A stretch of 64,000 nt of DNA from Vulcanimicrobiota bacterium (lineage in GTDB: Bacteria > Vulcanimicrobiota > Vulcanimicrobiia > Vulcanimicrobiales > Vulcanimicrobiaceae), in the NCBI GenBank assembly GCA_963812155.1, contig CAWETW010000001.1, forward strand, positions 256,001 through 320,000, given 5' to 3'. Every line of letters begins with the position of its first letter. Within the stretch, counting starts at the first letter, position 1. The position numbers and the translations under genes were made by a program. A model generated the notes under the pieces. The model saw nothing but the letters and a program-made list of their open reading frames with translations, had not been told where the DNA came from and did not search any database. This document shows, in pieces, positions 22,543 to 33,008 of the stretch.

Positions 22543-22975
22543 CCGGGAGCGGATGGTCGACGACCGGCGACGTGTGCTTGCCGGAGAGGATGTGAATGTG
22601 GACGTGCTCGGTGTGCTGATAGGGCGGCAGCACGCCCATACGGATGACGAAGCCTTGTTCGTAAAGGTTCATCTTGAGCGCGACCTTCTGAATGCCGGCG
22701 ACCAGCCGGTTCCAAATCCGGGCGTCGCCCAGACCAAGGTCCAAGATCGTCGGAATCCACTGCTTCGGAATGATGACGACGTGGATTTCCCACCATTCGG
22801 CTTTACTGCGGTCGATGTTGTGGCGGAACGCGAAGACGTCGTCGTCCTCGTAGACGACCTCATCGGCCTTTGCCCGCGTGCCGTCGAGCCGCCCGCGAAA
22901 CGTATGCTCCGGGTCGGGCTTCTCCCACTGATGCTGCTCGTCGCCCGTCAGCAGTTCGGAAATCCATGCGGTCAT
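22532..22975 (-). CDS. HIT family hydrolase
   Basis: VVYEDDDVFAF, HVVIIPK, HVHIHIL histidine triad. Confidence 0.88.
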   Translation of the reverse strand: MTAWISELLTGDEQHQWEKPDPEHTFRGRLDGTRAKADEVVYEDDDVFAFRHNIDRSKAEWWEIHVVIIPKQWIPTILDLGLGDARIWNRLVAGIQKVALKMNLYEQGFVIRMGVLPPYQHTEHVHIHILSGKHTSPVVDHPLPDVS

Positions 22976-23081
22976 CGCTTCGCTCCAAATTCAAAGATCG
23001 TGCGTACCGGCATCGGGCTTTTCAGAATGCCGGCGCTGCGTCCTCCAAGGAAATCCCTCACCGCAGTTCCAATTGGCAGGC

Positions 23082-23537
23082 ATGGCTGCGCACAAGTCGA
23101 TCGTCACGCCCAGCGACATCCTCGGCGGACCGCCCGAGTGGCCGAAAGACCCTCGTTCGTGGGAGAAAGTCGTCGGCGATAACGAGATCATCTATGAAGA
23201 CGAGCACGTGGTCGTCTTTCACGATCCGGCCGACGAGGACGACGAGTCGTCACGCGAGGATCAGGAGATTCGCGCGACCCTCATCTCCAAACGCCACGTC
23301 CACAGCCTGATGGATTTGGGCGTCGGAGACGAACAGTTGAGCGCGCACATCCTTAACGGCGCGCAGCAGGCAGCGTACCGGCTCGGCTTACACAAGAAGG
23401 GCTTCGAAATGCGGGCGCACGTCTATCCTCCGATGCAGCGCCGTCCCGAGCTCGCGTTCAAGATTCGCGCCGGAAAGCCGCCGCACAAGGCCAACGCCGC
23501 CAACCCGGCGCCCGAAGGCGCGGAAAAAACGCCTTAG
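23082..23537 (+). CDS. HIT-like protein lacking the histidine triad
   Basis: Aligns with the divergent HIT gene (IIYEDEHVVVF, DLGVGD, GF..R..V.PP.Q) but HVHIH is replaced by ELAFK. Confidence 0.75.
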   Translation: MAAHKSIVTPSDILGGPPEWPKDPRSWEKVVGDNEIIYEDEHVVVFHDPADEDDESSREDQEIRATLISKRHVHSLMDLGVGDEQLSAHILNGAQQAAYRLGLHKKGFEMRAHVYPPMQRRPELAFKIRAGKPPHKANAANPAPEGAEKTP

Positions 23538-23770
23538 AGCTTCGGCCCGATGTCGCGCTCGGCAAGTTTGCCGAGCGACTGAATCACCACGATCGCCAGG
23601 ATCGTCACGAGCACTGCGTAGACGAGTTCCGCGAAGACGCCGCTGCCCGGCTTGAGAAAAATGGCGATGAAATCGGCGATGAACTTGTTCCAGGCTCCGG
23701 CCGCGAGCAGGCCGAACGCCACGGTCGCGAGCGCGATCATCGTCCCCAGGTAACTCGATTTTACTTCCAC
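23534..23770 (-). CDS. Small membrane protein, DUF5654-like
   Basis: AFGLLAAGAWN motif; two hydrophobic helices; GGAGG RBS. Confidence 0.75.
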   Translation of the reverse strand: MEVKSSYLGTMIALATVAFGLLAAGAWNKFIADFIAIFLKPGSGVFAELVYAVLVTILAIVVIQSLGKLAERDIGPKL

Positions 23771-23825
23771 CGTTCAATCCTCCGTTGGCTGTGCGTGGGG
23801 TCGTAACCCATCGTTCGCCAAACGC

Positions 23826-23854
23826 AAAAACGCCCCGCCCTTGAGGGCGAGGCG
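23826..23854 (-). terminator. Intrinsic terminator after rpsJ
   Basis: CGCCTCGCCC-TCAA-GGGCGGGGCG followed by TTTTT on the minus strand. Confidence 0.8.
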
Positions 23855-23879
23855 CGAAGGTTTGCAGCGCAGGCGGCTC

Positions 23880-24188
23880 CTAGGCTTTGAGTTCGATGTC
23901 CACTCCGGCCGGCAGATCCAGATGCATGAGCGCGTCCATGGTCTTGGGCGACGCCTGCAGAATATCGATCAGGCGCTTGTGGGTTCGCATTTCAAAATGC
24001 TCCCGCGACTTCTTGTCGTTGTTGGTGGAACGCTGCACGCAGAACCGGTTGATCTCGGTCGGCAGCGGCACCGGACCGCTCACGAACGCGCCCGTGCGCT
24101 TGGCGGTATCGACGATGCGCTCGGCCGACTGGTCGAGTACCCGATGGTCGTACGCCTTGAGACGTATCCGAATCTTTTGCTTTGACAT
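23880..24188 (-). CDS. rpsJ: 30S ribosomal protein S10
   Basis: [34 protein letters not shown]. Confidence 0.98.
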   Translation of the reverse strand: MSKQKIRIRLKAYDHRVLDQSAERIVDTAKRTGAFVSGPVPLPTEINRFCVQRSTNNDKKSREHFEMRTHKRLIDILQASPKTMDALMHLDLPAGVDIELKA

Positions 24189-24237
24189 CTTTTCTTTTCT
24201 CTTTATTCTGTTTTCAAGGATAGGAGTGAGATTCGTC

Positions 24238-24302
24238 CTTCGACTGCGGCGCTTCGCGCCTTCGCTCGGGATGACACCGTCGCGCCTTCGCTCAGGATGA
24301 CA
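24238..24302. repeat. REP-like dispersed repeat (one full and one partial copy)
   Basis: CTTCGAC-hairpin-TCGCTC(G/A)GGATGACA; related copies at 44024 and 63722. Confidence 0.7.
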
Positions 24303-24326
24303 GCGGCTGCGTCAAGATGAGGATCG

Positions 24327-25526
24327 TTACTCCGAAACCGACGTTACAACGCCGGCGCCGACGGTTCTGCCGCCTTCACGGATCGCGAAGCGAAGACCCT
24401 CTTCGCAGGCGATCGGCGTTATCAGCTCGACGTCCATCTGCACGTTGTCGCCGGGCATCACCATCTCGACGCCTTCGGGCAGCTTGATGGTGCCGGTGAC
24501 GTCGGTCGTGCGGAAGTAAAACTGCGGGCGGTAGTTTCCGAAAAAGGGCGTGTGCCGTCCGCCTTCATCCTTCGAAAGGACGTAGACTTCGGCTTTGAAC
24601 TTCTTGTGCGGTTTGACCGAACCGGGCTTGGCCAGCACCTGGCCGCGCTCGATTTCGTTGCGATCCACGCCGCGCAGAAGCACGCCGACGTTGTCGCCGG
24701 CGATGCCCATGTCGAGCAGCTTGCGGAACATCTCGATGCCGGTGACGACCGTCTTTTTCGTTTCCTCTTTGAGTCCGACGATCTCGACCTCTTCGCCCAC
24801 CTTCACCTGACCGCGCTCGACGCGGCCCGTTCCGACCGTGCCGCGGCCCGTAATCGTGAAGACGTCTTCGACCGGCATCAGGAACGGCTTGTCGATTTCG
24901 CGCACGGGCTCCGGAATGAAATCGTCGACCGTATCCATCAACTTGAAGATCGGCTCGGTATCCGGACCGCCGCGCTTACCGTCCGAGTTGAGCGCCTTGA
25001 GGGCAGAGCCGCGAATGATCGGCGTGTTGTCGCCGTCGAATTCGTACTTGGTCAGCAGTTCGCGGATCTCCATCTCGACCAGCTCGAGCAGCTCCTCGTC
25101 TTCGACGAGATCGACCTTATTGAGGAAGACGACGATGCGCGGTACGCCGACCTGGCGCATGAGCAAAATGTGCTCGCGCGTTTGCGGCATGGGTCCGTCG
25201 GTCGCAGCGACGACGAGGATCGCGCCGTCCATCTGCGCGGCACCGGTGATCATGTTTTTGATGTAGTCGGCATGGCCGGGGCAGTCGACGTGCGCGTAGT
25301 GGCGCTTCGTGGTCTCGTACTCTTGGTGCGAGATCGCGATCGTAATGCCGCGCTCTTTTTCCTCGGGCGCGTTGTCGATCTCGTCGACGCCGCGGGCGCT
25401 CGCCAGCCCTTCGGTCGCGAGGCAATGCGTAATCGCCGCCGTCAGCGTCGTCTTTCCGTGATCGACGTGACCGGTCGTCCCGATGTTGACGTGCGGTTTG
25501 TTGCGCTCGAACTTTGCCTTGGCCAT
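24327..25526 (-). CDS. tuf: Elongation factor Tu
   Basis: [33 protein letters not shown]. Confidence 0.99.
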   Translation of the reverse strand: MAKAKFERNKPHVNIGTTGHVDHGKTTLTAAITHCLATEGLASARGVDEIDNAPEEKERGITIAISHQEYETTKRHYAHVDCPGHADYIKNMITGAAQMDGAILVVAATDGPMPQTREHILLMRQVGVPRIVVFLNKVDLVEDEELLELVEMEIRELLTKYEFDGDNTPIIRGSALKALNSDGKRGGPDTEPIFKLMDTVDDFIPEPVREIDKPFLMPVEDVFTITGRGTVGTGRVERGQVKVGEEVEIVGLKEETKKTVVTGIEMFRKLLDMGIAGDNVGVLLRGVDRNEIERGQVLAKPGSVKPHKKFKAEVYVLSKDEGGRHTPFFGNYRPQFYFRTTDVTGTIKLPEGVEMVMPGDNVQMDVELITPIACEEGLRFAIREGGRTVGAGVVTSVSE

Positions 25527-25664
25527 TTTCTTCCTTACACTTCACGCAAGCGAGAGAGGGGCGGCAAACCGCTGTTCCAGCCGAGTCCTCGGACCCTGGC
25601 GTTTGGTAGCGCATTCACCGGTTACGATGCAAACGCCCCCAAAAGAGGGCGCGTGACCCCTGGG

Positions 25665-25694
25665 ACTATACCAAGGCGCGCCTTCCCCTGTCAA
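25665..25694 (-). promoter_or_regulatory. Internal sigma70-type promoter for tuf
   Basis: TTGACA-N18-TATAGT with TGG before the -10. Confidence 0.75.
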
Positions 25695-25750
25695 CGCGCC
25701 GTGGATTCGGCCCGATTCGTCGTCGGCTTCGGCCTCGAGTGGCCTTTGCT

Positions 25751-27847
25751 TTATGCGTGCGCCGGCTTCTTGCCCGAAGCCTTGGCCACGATTTCTTCTT
25801 CGACCGATTTCGGCGCCTTCTCGTAATGTGAGAACTCCATCGTGTACGTGGCGCGGCCTTGGGTGGCCGAACGCATGTCGGTCGCGTAGCCGAACATCTC
25901 CGAGAGCGGAACGTTGGCGGCGATGACCTGCGCGCCGCCAGGCGCTTCTTCGGTGGCCTGGATCACGCCGCGCCGGCGTACGAGGTCGCCGGTGATTCCG
26001 CCCATGTAGTCTTTCGGCGTCGTCACTTCGACTTTCATGATCGGCTCGAGGAGAATCGGACCGGCGGTGCGGTTCGATTCCTTCCAGCCCATCGACGCTG
26101 CGACTTTGAACGCCATTTCCGACGAGTCGACGTCGTGGTAGGAACCGTCGAATGCGGTGACTTTGAAGTCCAACACCGGATAGCCGGCAAGCACGCCGCT
26201 TTGCGACGATTCCTTGATGCCTTCCTGAACCGCTTTCGAGTACTCCTTGGGCACTTTGCCGCCGACGATTTTCCACTCGAAGACGAAACCGGTTCCGGGC
26301 TCCTGCGGTTCGACGCGCAGCCAAATGTCGCCATACTGTCCTTTGCCGCCGGACTGGCGCACGAATTTGCCCTGCTTTTCGACCGTCTTGGTGATCGCTT
26401 CTTTGTATGCAACCTGCGGCTTGCCGACGTTCGCCTCGACTTTGAACTCACGGCGCAAGCGGTCGAGAATGATTTCGAGATGCAGTTCGCCCATGCCGGC
26501 AATGATCGTCTGCTGCGTTTCCTCGTCGGTACGCATACGGAACGTCGGATCTTCCTGCGCGAGGCGCGTCAGCGCCTGGCCGAGTTTATCCTGATCGCCC
26601 TTGGTCTTCGGCTCGATCGCTTGGGAGATGACCGGCTCGGGAAACGTGATCGACTCGAGCGTGATCTGCGATTTCTCGTCGCAGAGCGTATCGCCGGTGC
26701 GCGTATCGGAAAGACCGACTGCGGCAGCAATGTCGCCCGCGCCGATCGCGTCGATGTCTTCGCGATGGTTGGCGTGCATCCGGAGAATGCGCCCGATGCG
26801 CTCCTTGCGCCCGCTGCGCGAGTTGAGCACGTAACTACCCTTGTTCAGGACGCCCGAGTAGACGCGGAAGTAGGTGAGGTTGCCGTACGGATCGGTGGCA
26901 ATCTTGAATGCGAGCGCACAGAAGGGTTCCGAATCGTCGGGCTTGCGCGTCAGCTCGTGACCGGTCTTCGGATCTTTGCCGACGATTGGCTTCGCATCGA
27001 TCGGCGACGGCATGTAATCGACGACCGCGTCGAGCAGCGGCTGCACGCCCTTGTTCTTGAACGCGGATCCGCAGAGCATCGGCAACACGGTGCCTTCGAT
27101 CGTCGCGCGGCGAAGGGCCGTCTTCATGCGCTCGATCGGCAGCTCTTTCCCTTCAAAGAACATCTCGAGCAGCTCGTCGTCTTGCTCGGCGATGGCTTCG
27201 ACGAGCTCTTGGCGCCATTTCATCGCCAGATCGCGCAGTTCGCCCTCGACTTCTTCCAATTCGATCGTCGAACCGAGGTCGTCGGTATAGACGATCTTCT
27301 TCATCGTAAAGAGATCGACGACGCCCTGGAACTTGTCTTCGGCGCCGATGGGGACTTGGATCGGCACCGCGCGTCCGCCCAGACGTTCGCGGATCTTGTC
27401 GACCACGTTGAAAAAGTCGGCGCCCATCCGGTCCATCTTGTTGACGAAGATGATCCGCGGCACTTTGTATTTGTTGGCCTGGCGCCACACGGTTTCCGAC
27501 TGCGGCTGCACGGCTGCGACCGAATCGAACAGCGCGACCAGACCGTCGAGCACGCGCAGCGAACGCTCGACCTCCACGGTGAAGTCGACGTGGCCCGGCG
27601 TATCGATGATGTTGATACGGGTATCGCGCCACGTCGTCGCCGTGGCGGCCGACGTAATGGTAATGCCGCGCTCCTGCTCCTGCACCATCCAGTCCATCGT
27701 CGCGGCGCCGTCGTGGACCTCGCCGATCTTGTGGACCCGACCGGTATAAAACAGAATACGCTCGGTGCACGTCGTCTTGCCGGCATCAATGTGCGCGGCA
27801 ATGCCGATGTTGCGGGTTCGCTCTAACGGATATTGTCTTACTGGCAT
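25751..27847 (-). CDS. fusA: Elongation factor G
   Basis: [36 protein letters not shown]. Confidence 0.99.
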   Translation of the reverse strand: MPVRQYPLERTRNIGIAAHIDAGKTTCTERILFYTGRVHKIGEVHDGAATMDWMVQEQERGITITSAATATTWRDTRINIIDTPGHVDFTVEVERSLRVLDGLVALFDSVAAVQPQSETVWRQANKYKVPRIIFVNKMDRMGADFFNVVDKIRERLGGRAVPIQVPIGAEDKFQGVVDLFTMKKIVYTDDLGSTIELEEVEGELRDLAMKWRQELVEAIAEQDDELLEMFFEGKELPIERMKTALRRATIEGTVLPMLCGSAFKNKGVQPLLDAVVDYMPSPIDAKPIVGKDPKTGHELTRKPDDSEPFCALAFKIATDPYGNLTYFRVYSGVLNKGSYVLNSRSGRKERIGRILRMHANHREDIDAIGAGDIAAAVGLSDTRTGDTLCDEKSQITLESITFPEPVISQAIEPKTKGDQDKLGQALTRLAQEDPTFRMRTDEETQQTIIAGMGELHLEIILDRLRREFKVEANVGKPQVAYKEAITKTVEKQGKFVRQSGGKGQYGDIWLRVEPQEPGTGFVFEWKIVGGKVPKEYSKAVQEGIKESSQSGVLAGYPVLDFKVTAFDGSYHDVDSSEMAFKVAASMGWKESNRTAGPILLEPIMKVEVTTPKDYMGGITGDLVRRRGVIQATEEAPGGAQVIAANVPLSEMFGYATDMRSATQGRATYTMEFSHYEKAPKSVEEEIVAKASGKKPAHA

Positions 27848-27950
27848 ATAATTTTTTGTGTAGGGCGCCCCAAATCAGCATGCAGCCACTGCCTTGCCGG
27901 CATCGGGACCGCGTCAAGCCGGCGCTGCCGAAACTAGACCGTGCTTCTTT

Positions 27951-28421
27951 CTACCACCTATAGTGCGCGAAGGCTTTGTTGGCTTCGGCCATTTTGTGCG
28001 TATCTTCACGCTTTTTAATGGTTGCGCCGGCATTGTTCGACGCATCCATCAGCTCGCCGGCAAGCTTTTCCTCCATCGATCGGCCCGGACGGTTGCGCGC
28101 GAAGCCGATCAGCCAGCGCATCGCCATCGCTTGACGGCGGTCGGGACGCACTTCCATCGGCACTTGGTAGGTGGCGCCGCCGACGCGGCGAGGGCGCACC
28201 TCGACGAGCGGCATCGCGTTGGAAAGCGCTTGCGAGAAAACATCCATCGGGTCGCGGCCGGTCTTCTCTGCAATCATTTCGAGCGCCGCGTAGGTGATGT
28301 TCTCGGCGGTCGACTTCTTTCCGCGGAGCATCACCTTGTTGATGAAGCGCGCGAGAACTTTGGAGTTGTACTTTCCGTCCGGCAGAATCTGGCGCTTGGG
28401 AGCGGGGCCTTTGCGTGGCAT
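27951..28421 (-). CDS. rpsG: 30S ribosomal protein S7
   Basis: [26 protein letters not shown]. Confidence 0.98.
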   Translation of the reverse strand: MPRKGPAPKRQILPDGKYNSKVLARFINKVMLRGKKSTAENITYAALEMIAEKTGRDPMDVFSQALSNAMPLVEVRPRRVGGATYQVPMEVRPDRRQAMAMRWLIGFARNRPGRSMEEKLAGELMDASNNAGATIKKREDTHKMAEANKAFAHYRW

Positions 28422-28861
28422 TACTTCTTCTTCTCTCGCTTGGCGCCGTATTTAGAACGGCCTTGCTTGCGATTCGCGGTTCCGGCCGTGTCGAGCGTGC
28501 CGCGTATGATGTGATAACGAACGCCCGGAAGATCCTTGACGCGTCCGCCGCGCACGAGCACCACCGAATGCTCCTGTAAGTTGTGACCGATGCCCGGGAT
28601 ATATGCGGTCACTTCTTCACCGTTGGTCAGACGCACGCGCGCCACTTTACGCAACGCCGAGTTCGGCTTTTTCGGAGTCACGGTCTTCACTTGCGTGCAG
28701 ACGCCGCGGCGCTGGGGATTCCCGGGCACTTCGAACGAGCGCATCGGCAAATCCGGATGACCCGGCTTCGGACCGGTCAAGACGACGCGAAAAGCGCGCG
28801 TCTTTACCTTCTTTTCCGTCTTTTCGCGGCCCCGGCGGACCAACTGGTTGATGGTGGGCAA
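28421..28861 (-). CDS. rpsL: 30S ribosomal protein S12 (TTG start)
   Basis: [38 protein letters not shown]. Confidence 0.98.
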   Translation of the reverse strand: MPTINQLVRRGREKTEKKVKTRAFRVVLTGPKPGHPDLPMRSFEVPGNPQRRGVCTQVKTVTPKKPNSALRKVARVRLTNGEEVTAYIPGIGHNLQEHSVVLVRGGRVKDLPGVRYHIIRGTLDTAGTANRKQGRSKYGAKREKKK

Positions 28862-28940
28862 CGACTCTCCTTTGGGCGCAGCACACCCCGAGAATGGCCT
28901 CGCCGCTCCTCGGGGACCTTCCTCGTCCCTGAACTACGGC

Positions 28941-28969
28941 AGTATACCAGGGGGCCTGTGCGGCGTCAA
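28941..28969 (-). promoter_or_regulatory. Sigma70-type promoter of the str operon
   Basis: TTGACG-N17-TATACT with TGG before the -10. Confidence 0.82.
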
Positions 28970-29050
28970 ACGAACTGCGACGCTTGCCCGGCGCACCGGA
29001 GCGCGCGCTCCCGGGGGCGACATCCTTGCCGTCGAACGCCCGGGCTGCGT

Positions 29051-30262
29051 ATGGCCGCCAGCGGGTCGATTCACCAGGAACGGCGCCTCGGCGTGCTCGA
29101 CGGTCTGCGCGGCATCGCGGTCCTGCTCGTGCTCTGGTACCACGTCTGGGAGATCTCGTTCTTCCCCGCGCCGGTCGACTGGCTGGAGTTCGTACCCGAG
29201 ACGGGCTTCATCGGCGTTCACCTTTTCTTTTTCCTCAGCGGTTTCGTGATTGCGTACCCGTTCGTGCGGGCTGCGGGCGCAGGCGCGCCGCGTCCCGGCT
29301 GGGGCGGCTTTGCGTGGCGCCGCTTCATTAAGATCGTGCCCTCCTACGCGCTCTCCATCGCGGTCGCGTACGCCATCGGGTACGCGCAGCGCCAACCCGG
29401 AGCCGCCACCGGCCCCGATCTCGTCTCCCATCTGTTTTTCGTGCACACGTGGTTTGCGGATCGCTACGGCACGATCAACGGCGTTCTCTGGACGCTTGCG
29501 GTGGAAGTCGAGTTCTACTGCGTCTTCCCGCTGATCTGGTGGTGCTTCGCCCGGCGTCCGTGGCTCACGGCCGCGGCGATGATCGGCGTCGCATGGGCGT
29601 GGCGCGCGGCGCTCGCGCACTGCTGCTACGCGACCCTCTTTCCGCAATACGAAGAAAATCTACCCGGCTACCTGGATATCTTCGCGTTCGGCATGCTCGC
29701 AGCGCGAGCGTTCACGCGGTACGGCGAGGGCTGGCGAAACTCGCGATGGAGCGTGGCGGCCCCACTGGTCTCGTTGGCCGGCGCGGCCTTTCTCGTCGGG
29801 CTGCTGCGCGATCTTTTCGGCTATCGCCTGGCGGATCAATGGGCCGGCGTCTGGCAGATCGACAAGCGGCCGTTGCTGGGCGCCGCGTTCGCGGTGCTCG
29901 CGATTGGTTTTCTCAGCAGTCCGCGCTGGTGGCAAATCCTGCTCGACAATCCGCCGTTACGGTTCCTTGCGGCAATTTCGTACAACCTCTACCTGTATCA
30001 CCAACTGATCGCGCGCGAACTGCTGCGGCATCACGTGCCGGCCTACGTCGGCGACCCACATTACGACCCACCGTGGCAAGTTCGCTACACGGCGATCGCA
30101 TTCGCGTGGACGATAGCATTTGCCGCGCTGGTGACGTATTGCTTCGAGCGCCCGCTGCTGCGGCTTCGTCCGCCGCAGTTGCTCGCGTCCGCGGGCGGGG
30201 CACTTCGGCGAAGATGGAGCCGCAGCGAGGAAGCGCACTCGTCGAAACCGCGATCGCCGTAG
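29051..30262 (+). CDS. Acyltransferase 3 (OafA/YrhL-like) membrane O-acyltransferase
   Basis: LDGLRGIA, GVHLFFFLSGF, WTLAVEVEFY, ISYNLYLYH, FERP. Confidence 0.9.
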   Translation: MAASGSIHQERRLGVLDGLRGIAVLLVLWYHVWEISFFPAPVDWLEFVPETGFIGVHLFFFLSGFVIAYPFVRAAGAGAPRPGWGGFAWRRFIKIVPSYALSIAVAYAIGYAQRQPGAATGPDLVSHLFFVHTWFADRYGTINGVLWTLAVEVEFYCVFPLIWWCFARRPWLTAAAMIGVAWAWRAALAHCCYATLFPQYEENLPGYLDIFAFGMLAARAFTRYGEGWRNSRWSVAAPLVSLAGAAFLVGLLRDLFGYRLADQWAGVWQIDKRPLLGAAFAVLAIGFLSSPRWWQILLDNPPLRFLAAISYNLYLYHQLIARELLRHHVPAYVGDPHYDPPWQVRYTAIAFAWTIAFAALVTYCFERPLLRLRPPQLLASAGGALRRRWSRSEEAHSSKPRSP

Positions 30263-30654
30263 CGATTGCCGGATTGGTTGCCGGAGCCGTGCTCGACGCG
30301 ACCGTCCTCGCGACGCGCTCTGCCGGCATGCGTCCGATTCGCGACGCGCTCGAAAACGAGGTTCGACGAGAGTTACCGGTCGCGCTCGACGTGCTCAAGT
30401 ATCAAGGCGGCACGATCGTACCGGCAGCGATTGCAACGACGCTTCCGATGCCGGCCGGCTCGCCGCTCGCCGCTCGCGTCTCGATTACGGTTTCGCCGGA
30501 TCCCTCCGGCGCGATTTCAGTGACGGTCACCGCCCGCGCCGGCAATCCCGCGCAGCATGCGACGCTCTCCTCGACCGTCGGAGCGCAGGCGCCGCTGCCC
30601 GGCACGGTCATCACGGCGCCCGGCTTGGTGCCGGCGCCGACCGGAGCGCCATAG
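30214..30654 (+). CDS. Prepilin/pseudopilin-like protein
   Basis: MEPQRG|SALVE followed by a hydrophobic helix (class III signal-like, E at +5). Confidence 0.6.
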   Translation: MEPQRGSALVETAIAVAIAGLVAGAVLDATVLATRSAGMRPIRDALENEVRRELPVALDVLKYQGGTIVPAAIATTLPMPAGSPLAARVSITVSPDPSGAISVTVTARAGNPAQHATLSSTVGAQAPLPGTVITAPGLVPAPTGAP

Positions 30655-30657
30655 CGC

Positions 30658-31332
30658 GTGCTGCTGCGGACGCTGTTTGCGCTCGCCTTGTTCACGGCCA
30701 TCGCGGAGACGCTGCTGCATGGCGTGCACGCGCTCGCGCAGACGGCCGTGCGGCGGCAGGCGATGCTGGCGGTCCGGGCCGAGATCGACGCCGCCACGAC
30801 CGCGGCGCGCCTCGCTGTAGCGCAAGCCGTCATCGCCGGCGGCGATCCGCGCGGATTGAACGTACCGCCGTTACGAATCGGCGGCTGCCGGCTGCGCTCG
30901 GGCGACGCGTGCACGGTCGAAGGAAAGGCGAGGGTCCGCTTTATGCTTGCGCCGTCCGCGTCGCCGTGCCCCGACGCCGCCTGCAGCGTCTACGATCAGG
31001 GCAACGACGGCGTGAGGGAAGGCCGCATCGATGCGACGGTCACGGCCGAAGCGCTGGTTCCCAACGGCGCCGTGCTTGCATCGCGCACGCAGCGCGCCGT
31101 TTTCCGCACCTTGCGCGTTGCGCCGTATGCCGCGCTCGCCGGCCAATCGGACGCGACCGACATCGCCGCGGGTTCGCCCGGAGACGACGCGGGCACCGCA
31201 CCTGCCGGCACGGCGCCCGGAACCCTAGTCGACGTGATCTACCGCAATGCCGTCACTGGTGCCGAGATGCCCGCCAACGTCTGGCAGGCTTCCGCGGAAT
31301 CGCGCGACGGCGAAACGGCGTGGAAACCCTAA
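30658..31332 (+). CDS. Hypothetical exported protein, possibly minor-pilin-like
   Basis: Hydrophobic N-terminus; two Cys pairs; 3 nt after the preceding stop. Confidence 0.55.
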   Translation: MLLRTLFALALFTAIAETLLHGVHALAQTAVRRQAMLAVRAEIDAATTAARLAVAQAVIAGGDPRGLNVPPLRIGGCRLRSGDACTVEGKARVRFMLAPSASPCPDAACSVYDQGNDGVREGRIDATVTAEALVPNGAVLASRTQRAVFRTLRVAPYAALAGQSDATDIAAGSPGDDAGTAPAGTAPGTLVDVIYRNAVTGAEMPANVWQASAESRDGETAWKP

Positions 31333-31339
31333 AGAGCGG

Positions 31340-31711
31340 TCAGAGAGCCGACTTGAAAAGACTCTCCGTGAGGCCGGCAATCACCGGCACGCGCACTTCC
31401 TTGCCTTGGAAACCGCTCACGAACGTCCAGATCCAGAGCACGAGCCAAAGCAGATCGATGAGCCACAAGACCGGGAACAGCACCAAGAATATGTGAACGA
31501 GCGCCGTCAAAATGCCCCAGATGATGTGAATCGCAATCAAGCCGCCCCACAGCGTAATCGACTGCGCCGCCGCCCACTTGACGAACTTATTCGTGCCTCC
31601 GCCGACGAGCATCACGATGCCGCCGACTAAACCGAACAAGTAAGCCAGCCCGGCGGCAACGTTCGCATCCAATCCGAAGGGGGTATCCGAAGGAGGCTGG
31701 GTGACCGACAT
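31340..31711 (-). CDS. DUF4870-like membrane protein
   Basis: GLDANVAAGLAY, FVKWAAAQS, FQGKEVRVPVI; AGGAAAGGG RBS. Confidence 0.75.
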   Translation of the reverse strand: MSVTQPPSDTPFGLDANVAAGLAYLFGLVGGIVMLVGGGTNKFVKWAAAQSITLWGGLIAIHIIWGILTALVHIFLVLFPVLWLIDLLWLVLWIWTFVSGFQGKEVRVPVIAGLTESLFKSAL

Positions 31712-31849
31712 GTGCACGCCCTTTCCTATTGCATAACCGTCAGCACGTTGCGATGCAGGTTACGCTTGCGAGCGGGCGGCTCCTACCGCAGCACTGCCGC
31801 CGCGACGCTTCACGAGGTTCTTCGCCGCGTCCGGAGCGAACGGCGCCAC

Positions 31850-32770
31850 GTGCGCCCCCGGTGGAAGGTCTATCTCGGCCTCACGTACGTCGTCATCTGC
31901 TGGGGCCTCAACGTCGTGCTGGTCAAGAGTGCCATCGCGCACGTGGATCCGCTTGCCTTCACCACGCTGCGGTTTTTGGCGATGACCCCGCTGGCCTTCG
32001 GATTGGTCTACGCAAGCGGCGAGCGGATCGCGATACGCCGCAGCGACCTCGGCCTTCTGGTCGTCTGCGCCGCCTTCGGCTATGGCCTCTATCAATACTT
32101 ATGGATTTTCGGTCTGGCAAACACCAGCGCGTTCGCTTCGGCGCTGCTGGGCGCCACCGCGCCCATCTTCACCATCGCCGTCGTCGCGCTGCTCGGTCAC
32201 GAACGCGTGCGCAGCGTGCGCTGGATCGGCGCGGGCATCGCGCTGTTCGGCATCGCCGTGTTCGAAGGCGGCTTCGCGGCTCGCGCGACGTTCCGCATCG
32301 GCGATCTCCTCACGCTGTTCTCTTCGATATCGTTTGCGGGCTATAACGTCGTCACCGCGCGATTGACGGAACGGTATTCGCCGATCGTCTTGGTTGCAAT
32401 CACGATGACGATGGGAATGCTGATGATCCTTCCCGCCGGCATCCCGCGGCTCGTGCATACCGATCTCTCGCACATGGGTTGGCCGGTATGGGGCCCGTTT
32501 CTCTTTGCGGTGTTCTTTCCGATCGTGCTCACGTGGCCGGTTTGGAACTACGGCATCTCGGTCATCGGCGCCGCTCGCGCCGGCCTTTTCGGTTTTCTCG
32601 TACCGATCGTCGCGGGCTTTGCGAGCATCTGGGTGCTCGGCGCGCATTTCGAAGGGCATCAAATCGCCGGCGCCCTGATCTGCATCGCAGGGATGGTGCT
32701 GGCCAGCCTTTTCGGACGCTACTCGGTGAGCGCGATCTGGGCGGAGCGCTCGCTGCCGCTCGAAAGGTAG
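31850..32770 (+). CDS. DMT/EamA family transporter
   Basis: WGLN, LRF, ATAPIF, LGHER, about 10 TM segments; GTG start inferred. Confidence 0.88.
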   Translation: MRPRWKVYLGLTYVVICWGLNVVLVKSAIAHVDPLAFTTLRFLAMTPLAFGLVYASGERIAIRRSDLGLLVVCAAFGYGLYQYLWIFGLANTSAFASALLGATAPIFTIAVVALLGHERVRSVRWIGAGIALFGIAVFEGGFAARATFRIGDLLTLFSSISFAGYNVVTARLTERYSPIVLVAITMTMGMLMILPAGIPRLVHTDLSHMGWPVWGPFLFAVFFPIVLTWPVWNYGISVIGAARAGLFGFLVPIVAGFASIWVLGAHFEGHQIAGALICIAGMVLASLFGRYSVSAIWAERSLPLER

Positions 32771-32810
32771 GCCTGTCTCGCCCGCAAAACGTCGCGCTCG
32801 AAGGAACCTC

Positions 32811-33008
32811 GTGTTGCGGAAGTATGGCTGGTACGCGCTCCTGATTCTTCCATTTGCCGGAACGCTTTTTCCCGGGCTCTACAATCGCGCCGATCCGGCA
32901 CTCTTCGGGCTGCCGTTCTTCTACTGGTTCCAAATGGCATGGGTCGTCGTGACGTCGCTGGTCCTTGCGGCGATCGCGTACGGGACGCGGACGCGCGACG
33001 ATGTCTAG
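32811..33008 (+). CDS. DUF3311 small membrane protein
   Basis: YNRADPALFGLPFFYWFQ; overlaps the symporter start. Confidence 0.85.
   Translation: MLRKYGWYALLILPFAGTLFPGLYNRADPALFGLPFFYWFQMAWVVVTSLVLAAIAYGTRTRDDV

Noticed and set aside
24552..27826. Long antisense ORFs opposite tuf and fusA, and similar ones across the window
   Set aside because: Expected shadow ORFs from high GC3 codon bias; no recognisable motifs or RBS.
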